A DNA stretch of 64,000 bases from Thermofilaceae archaeon (GTDB taxonomy: Archaea > Thermoproteota > Thermoprotei > Thermofilales > Thermofilaceae), in the NCBI GenBank assembly GCA_038861545.1, contig JAWCCZ010000005.1, positions 64,103 through 128,102 of the forward strand, written 5' to 3'. The position numbers were made by a program, and so were the translations under genes. The notes under the pieces were generated by a model that saw nothing but the letters and a program-made list of their open reading frames with translations, ran no database searches and was not told where the DNA came from. This document shows positions 58,944-64,000 of this stretch, piece after piece. The first letter of the stretch is position 1; the number at the start of each line of letters is the position of its first letter.

Positions 58944-60456
58944 AGGACACTCCCCTTTCCGAGATCTTAGCTTTTATGAATTCAACTAACTTACTTCGCA
59001 GCAGCTCTTTATCGTCTTCAGATATGTAACTTAGGGAACTTGCTACCTCGTCCACATACTTTTTGATGGTTATTTCCCATCTTCGGGCTCCTATGAGCCT
59101 CTCTATTCTCGAGAGGTGGCTACGTAACCTTCTCGAGCATTCTCTTATTCCTGCTTCTATTTCGCTTTCTAACTCCGGAACATCTGCTACTGCTTCTTTC
59201 CCAACACCCTTAAAAGGCACTTTGGTCGAACATACATGTGTTACCACAGCAAGCTGCGCCGGGAACTTAACCCTATATACAGACCAATCGATCCTCTTAA
59301 TTATCTTCATTGAAACATCTACACCTTCATCGTAAAGCAGAGGGATTCGGTTAGCGAATCGATAAAGTAGAGGTTCCTCCGATAACGGGACCCCCCCTCC
59401 ATAAGCTATGGCCACTTCTACTATGAAGGGGTGCCCAGCGTAGGATGAAGGAGGTCGGCTGACAACAGTCACAAACTCTGGCCTTAGAACTTCTTTAACA
59501 CCCTTGGCTAATAGTTCTTCGCCTAGTGGAGAGAGAGTGCTGGGCTTTGGCCTCCTCCAACCTTCAAAAGCCTGCATTTTTACGGCTAGCGTTTCAATCT
59601 CATCAACAGTCAAATTTCTAACTTTCTTACTCGCATCAAACCCTATCCATTCACAAAACTTCCTAGCAGTTATTGGACCTATACCATCAAAGTTTTCAAT
59701 TAAAAACTCCTCCAATATAGTATTCTTACCAATTCCTTCTATTAACTTCCTAAGTAGCTCTACATCTACACCTTTAGGATGTGGTTTACCAATTGTGGGA
59801 GTTGGGGGTAGTTTTGTCGATGTCCGGTTAAACTCCAATGATAGCTGTGGCCCATGCGCAAATATGTTAGCATAAGGAGCGATCATCGCGGTTCTTTTAA
59901 TGTACTCCTCGACTCTCCCTCTAGCTTGACTCCAGTCTCCTCTCATAACTAACTCAACCACTGTCCCATGCCATTTACTTTCGTTTCTGTTAACTTCTAA
60001 CCGTTTAACTATTGGTAGATTTTTCTCAACGTCTATGGCAATTTCCGCTTCGTATATAAAGTTCGATCTTCTAACTGAAGATCGAACTTTAACGGGTTGT
60101 CCGGTGGTTAACTGTGCATATAGTACTGCCATTTTAACTCCCAAGCCGAATACCCCTCTACTCTGCCTCAATACATATTTCGAGCCGTAAAGCACCCGTC
60201 CGAAAGCATTGGGTATCTCAAGAGGAGATATACCCACTCCTTCATCCTCTACTCTAATATGCACCTTTCCGTCCGCCTCCAACTCAATATTTAACCGTAC
60301 TTCGGGCAACAGTCCATGAGTCTCCGCTGCATCCAGAGCATTCTCCACTAATTCTCTAACAGTTTGATACACTGCTCTAGCTGGATTAGAGAACCCCGCT
60401 ATTTCCCTGTTCCTGTAGAAAAATTCGGATGGGCTGAGCTGCTTAAAACGCTCCAT
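58927..60456 (-). CDS. top6B: DNA topoisomerase VI subunit B
   Basis: SPSEFFYRN, ELVENALDA, QSRGVFGLG, RFANRIPLL, STKVPFKGVGKE. Confidence 0.97.
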   Translation of the reverse strand: MERFKQLSPSEFFYRNREIAGFSNPARAVYQTVRELVENALDAAETHGLLPEVRLNIELEADGKVHIRVEDEGVGISPLEIPNAFGRVLYGSKYVLRQSRGVFGLGVKMAVLYAQLTTGQPVKVRSSVRRSNFIYEAEIAIDVEKNLPIVKRLEVNRNESKWHGTVVELVMRGDWSQARGRVEEYIKRTAMIAPYANIFAHGPQLSLEFNRTSTKLPPTPTIGKPHPKGVDVELLRKLIEGIGKNTILEEFLIENFDGIGPITARKFCEWIGFDASKKVRNLTVDEIETLAVKMQAFEGWRRPKPSTLSPLGEELLAKGVKEVLRPEFVTVVSRPPSSYAGHPFIVEVAIAYGGGVPLSEEPLLYRFANRIPLLYDEGVDVSMKIIKRIDWSVYRVKFPAQLAVVTHVCSTKVPFKGVGKEAVADVPELESEIEAGIRECSRRLRSHLSRIERLIGARRWEITIKKYVDEVASSLSYISEDDKELLRSKLVEFIKAKISERGVSYAKSR

Positions 60457-60638
60457 AATGTCCAAGAGGGTCTTACAACACATATTTTAAGAATTATTCT
60501 TAGCTTGCCTTACGAAATATGTTAATAGATTTTCTTTAGGCTAGAACTTCCCTTAATGAATAATTTATTTTATAATTTAATGCTGTAATAAAAAATAGAA
60601 AAAGGTAATATTATAAAAATTTAATAGAAATTCTGAAT

Positions 60639-60800
60639 CTAGGACACTATACGTACCATGTACCGTCTACTTTGCTTCTTAAATGGCATTGTCACTATAG
60701 TTGCCGCCAAAGCAACTAGAAAAGCTACCGCTAAGTCGCCGTACCAATAATACGTAACCAGTGCACCAATCAGGGCAGGGATATATGCTCTTAATCTCAT
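60639..60800 (-). CDS. Small membrane protein (53 aa, 2 TM)
   Basis: MRLRAYIPALIGALVTYYWYGDLAVAFLVALAATIVTMPFKKQSRR...; helical hairpin with basic tail. Confidence 0.55.
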   Translation of the reverse strand: MRLRAYIPALIGALVTYYWYGDLAVAFLVALAATIVTMPFKKQSRRYMVRIVS

Positions 60801-60900
60801 GGTATAACTGTTATAATACCCCCTTAATACCCTGGCGTTTATTTTCAGTGTATGAGTTAACGCTCGCTTTTTAAAGCGTCGATTAATATGAGATTTACAG

Positions 60901-62052
60901 ATGCCTGCCAATCTACCCCCTCAAGCGAAAGCAAAGTGGGTTAAAGTTATAGAAGCTAAAACTAAAGAGGAAAAACTGAAAGCATTAACGGAGTTTCTAT
61001 CAGCGGTACCTAAACATAAAGGTACAGAGAAGCTGGTTATGCAAATTAAACGACAAATTTCTAGGTTAAAAGAAGAAATAGAATCAGAAAAATCACGAAA
61101 AAAAGTGATTGGGCAATCTGCATTTATCGAAAAAGAGGGTGATATTCAACTCATACTGTTGGGTTTTCCGAATTCTGGAAAAACCACAATATTTAATGCT
61201 TTAACAGGCCTTAGCGCGCCTAGCAGTGATGCTCCCTTTGAGACACGTAAGCCGCAACCCGGAATGTTAAAAGAGAATGGGCTTGAAATACAAGTAGTAG
61301 ACACTCCCTCGCTAGTACCTTCCACAGATTCCGTTAGAAACAATCAAATTCTAGCTTTAGCCTTTAACGCCGACGCGCTTGCTCTGATAATAGACGCTTC
61401 CAACAAGCCCAATGAACAATTATCCTTTATGGAAAAACTGTTAACGGAGAAGGGTATCACTGTTTGTGAGGAACAAGTTAAAGTGACCATTGAGAAAAGA
61501 AGAAATGGAGGCATCAGTGTTGTAGGAGGGAAACTAAGAAATGATCATGTTGTAAAATTGCTTCGCGAATATGGGGTCTACCACGCTCTTGTAAAACTCA
61601 CCGACGAGGCCACGCTCGATGATGTTGAAACAGCAATACTTGAGGCTGTAGCTTACAGGCCTGCATTAATAATTTTAACTAAATTAGACTTAGACTCTTC
61701 TATATCTAGTGGTATTTTAGAGCCTTTGAAAGGAATAAAAGTTCTATATTTTAAGCATAATTTCCGAGATTTGGAGTACCTAAAAAAGGATATTAGTGAT
61801 TACCTGCTTATGAAGTTAAACCTTATAAGAGTATATACAAGAAATCCAAAAACCGGACAAGCCAGCACAAAACCTTTAGTTGTGCGTAGAGGTGCACGTG
61901 TTGAAGACGTGGCTCGAAGAATACATAGCGGACTATGTGAGAATTTCAAATATGCAATTGTCTGGAATGAGCATAGGTTAAAGTTCAGTCCAATGAAAGT
62001 GGGCAAGGATTTTGAGTTAGCTGACTTAGATATTATAGAAATTGCAGCGTAG
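60901..62052 (+). CDS. DRG/OBG-family GTPase with TGS domain
   Basis: MPANLPP, PKHKGTEKL, GFPNSGKT, TKLD, VARRIH, KVGKDFELADLDIIEI. Confidence 0.92.
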   Translation: MPANLPPQAKAKWVKVIEAKTKEEKLKALTEFLSAVPKHKGTEKLVMQIKRQISRLKEEIESEKSRKKVIGQSAFIEKEGDIQLILLGFPNSGKTTIFNALTGLSAPSSDAPFETRKPQPGMLKENGLEIQVVDTPSLVPSTDSVRNNQILALAFNADALALIIDASNKPNEQLSFMEKLLTEKGITVCEEQVKVTIEKRRNGGISVVGGKLRNDHVVKLLREYGVYHALVKLTDEATLDDVETAILEAVAYRPALIILTKLDLDSSISSGILEPLKGIKVLYFKHNFRDLEYLKKDISDYLLMKLNLIRVYTRNPKTGQASTKPLVVRRGARVEDVARRIHSGLCENFKYAIVWNEHRLKFSPMKVGKDFELADLDIIEIAA

Positions 62053-62146
62053 TGGTATTTGGTAGTTGTGTGAAAGAACTTGCTGCTACTATACTGGCCA
62101 ACTTTATGAAGAAGAATTTTTTAAGTGTTTAAACGTAGCATTTGGG

Positions 62147-64000
62147 ATGAGTGAGAGGGAAATTCGCTTAAGAGTCGCTGAAGCGAGGCAGCGTGATGTT
62201 GGCAGAGGCATTGCAAGAATTGACCGTGTGACTATGCAAAGTATAGGTGTAGAGGCGGGTGATGCTATTGAAATAACTGGGAAAAGAGCAACCGTTGCTA
62301 TTACTTGGCCAGCTTATCCTGAGGATGAGGGGGGTGGGTTCATACGTATAGATGGCGTCTTACGTCATAATGCTGGGGTGTCTTTAGGGGAATATGTGAC
62401 AGTGAGAAAAGTGCAACTCCAACCGGCTAAACGATTAACGTTGGCACCGTCCGGCATCAGTGGCCTTAACGTTACGCCTGAATTCTCGGAATATATTAAA
62501 GAAAGATTAATGCATAGACCTTTGCGACGAGGTGACCTTGTCGAGATACCCATAGTGAACACAGCTCTTCGATTTACTGTTGCATCTACACAGCCTGCTG
62601 TCAACGTGCAAGTGACACCAGAAACGGAGATTATAATTAAAAGCGAGCCTGTACCGGAGGCTGAACTAACATTCCCTAAAGTTACCTATGAGGATATAGG
62701 GGATTTAGAGGAAGTTAAACAAAAAGTTCGTGAAATGATAGAGCTCCCTTTAAAGTACCCTGAGCTCTTCTCTCATCTAGGGATTGATCCTCCTAAGGGT
62801 GTTCTCTTCTACGGGCCACCTGGAACCGGAAAGACCCTTCTCGCAAGAGCAGTTGCTAATGAGACTGGGGCATATTTCGCTGTAATAAATGGACCTGAAA
62901 TTATGAGTAAGTATTATGGGGAAAGCGAAGCCCGATTACGAGAAATATTCAAAGAGGCTGAGGAGAATTCGCCGGCAATAATATTCATAGATGAGCTCGA
63001 TGCAATTGCACCTAAGCGAGAGGAAGTTACTGGCGAGGTTGAGCGGCGAGTTGTAGCTCAATTACTAGCACTGATGGATGGATTAAAGGGTAGGGGGCAG
63101 GTTATAGTAATAGGTGCTACCAACCGTCCCAATGCTGTTGATCCGGCTCTACGCAGACCAGGTCGCTTTGATAGGGAAATTGCATTCCCTGTACCCGATA
63201 AACGGGCTAGAAAGGAAATATTGCAGGTACATACTAGAAACATGCCACTAGCAGAAGACGTTAGACTTGAGGAATTGTCCGAGATCACGCATGGATTCAC
63301 CGGAGCTGACTTAGCAGCGCTCTGTAGAGAAGCTGCAATGAGAGCCCTTCGTAGATTCCTACCGAAAATAGACTTAGAGAAGGGTATGATTCCGCCTGAA
63401 CTACTTAAGGATCTTAAAGTTACTAGGCAAGATTTCCTCGAAGCTCTTAAAGATATTCAGCCTTCTGCGTTACGTGAGGTGTATGTTGAAGTGCCTGAAA
63501 TCCGTTGGAGCGATATTGGTGGTTTAGAAGATGTTAAGCAACAGCTACGGGAAGCTGTTGAATGGCCGCTTAAACATCCTGAGTTCTTCAAAGAAATGGG
63601 TATTGAGCCTCCGAAGGGTGTTTTGCTTTATGGTCCTCCAGGGTGCGGTAAAACCCTTCTAGCGAAAGCTGTAGCGACGGAGAGCGAGGCAAACTTCATA
63701 GCTGTTAAGGGACCTGAAATTCTAAGCAAGTGGGTTGGGGAGAGTGAGAGAGCCGTTAGAGAAGTATTTAGCAAGGCTAGACAGGCCGCTCCTTGCATAA
63801 TTTTCTTTGATGAAATAGACTCAATAGTCCCACGTAGAGGGCAAAGATTCGACTCTGGAGTTACAGACAGGATAGTTAACCAGCTTCTTACTGAGATGGA
63901 TGGTCTTGAGAAGCTTGAGGGGGTAGTTGTGGTTGGTGCGACGAATCGTCCGGATATACTGGATCCAGCGCTATTAAGGCCGGGTCGTTTTGATCGACTT
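62147..64000 (+). CDS. cdc48: CDC48/VCP family AAA+ ATPase (runs off window end)
   Basis: [26 protein letters not shown]; two AAA modules GPPGTGKT / FIDELD and GPPGCGKT / FFDEID; ALRRPGRFD. Confidence 0.97.
   Translation, partial: MSEREIRLRVAEARQRDVGRGIARIDRVTMQSIGVEAGDAIEITGKRATVAITWPAYPEDEGGGFIRIDGVLRHNAGVSLGEYVTVRKVQLQPAKRLTLAPSGISGLNVTPEFSEYIKERLMHRPLRRGDLVEIPIVNTALRFTVASTQPAVNVQVTPETEIIIKSEPVPEAELTFPKVTYEDIGDLEEVKQKVREMIELPLKYPELFSHLGIDPPKGVLFYGPPGTGKTLLARAVANETGAYFAVINGPEIMSKYYGESEARLREIFKEAEENSPAIIFIDELDAIAPKREEVTGEVERRVVAQLLALMDGLKGRGQVIVIGATNRPNAVDPALRRPGRFDREIAFPVPDKRARKEILQVHTRNMPLAEDVRLEELSEITHGFTGADLAALCREAAMRALRRFLPKIDLEKGMIPPELLKDLKVTRQDFLEALKDIQPSALREVYVEVPEIRWSDIGGLEDVKQQLREAVEWPLKHPEFFKEMGIEPPKGVLLYGPPGCGKTLLAKAVATESEANFIAVKGPEILSKWVGESERAVREVFSKARQAAPCIIFFDEIDSIVPRRGQRFDSGVTDRIVNQLLTEMDGLEKLEGVVVVGATNRPDILDPALLRPGRFDRL

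Noticed and set aside
786-63300. Many short ORFs in the track antisense to or nested in core genes (e.g. 786-1244, 2369-2863, 9907-10332, 40412-40647, 55736-56284)
   Set aside because: They are shadows of well-supported genes, Ser/Leu/Phe-rich and without motifs
1-64000. CRISPR arrays, rRNA, integrases or att duplications at the three tRNAs, inteins
   Set aside because: No regularly spaced repeats, no tRNA 3' duplications and no insertions in top6B, EF-2 or Cdc48 were seen by eye

Overview
Gene-dense, AT-rich core region of a crenarchaeal (Thermoproteota) chromosome, most consistent with Thermofilaceae/Thermoproteales. That assignment is inferred from eL13, SmAP2 beside MAT, and tRNA introns at non-canonical positions including a two-intron tRNA. 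The window is dominated by translation and RNA-metabolism genes: about 24 ribosomal protein genes in a reshuffled S10/spc/L11 cluster, secY, alaS, EF-1a, EF-2, exosome (rrp4/41/42), SBDS, Rio2, Brix, RNase Z, RtcA, TruD, TmcA/Nat10, Pth2 and two Sm proteins. It also has topo VI A/B, prefoldin beta, Pcc1, GPN and DRG GTPases, and a 5' partial Cdc48. Three intron-containing tRNAs (Trp-CCA with two introns, Ser-TGA, Arg-TCG) were parsed by hand. No CRISPR array, rRNA or intact mobile element was seen. The best leads for something undescribed are: (i) a C/D-box sRNA whose guide is a perfect Shine-Dalgarno mimic complementary to the 16S 3' end, lying beside the SBDS/exosome operon; (ii) a perfect 46-bp palindrome followed by a candidate four-way-junction RNA upstream of eS1; (iii) two CdvA-like coiled-coil genes near a polytopic membrane protein fused to a degenerate AAA+ domain; (iv) a uL10 with no acidic tail and no adjacent P1/L12 gene. 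All protein calls come from motif recognition and gene context, not database searches.
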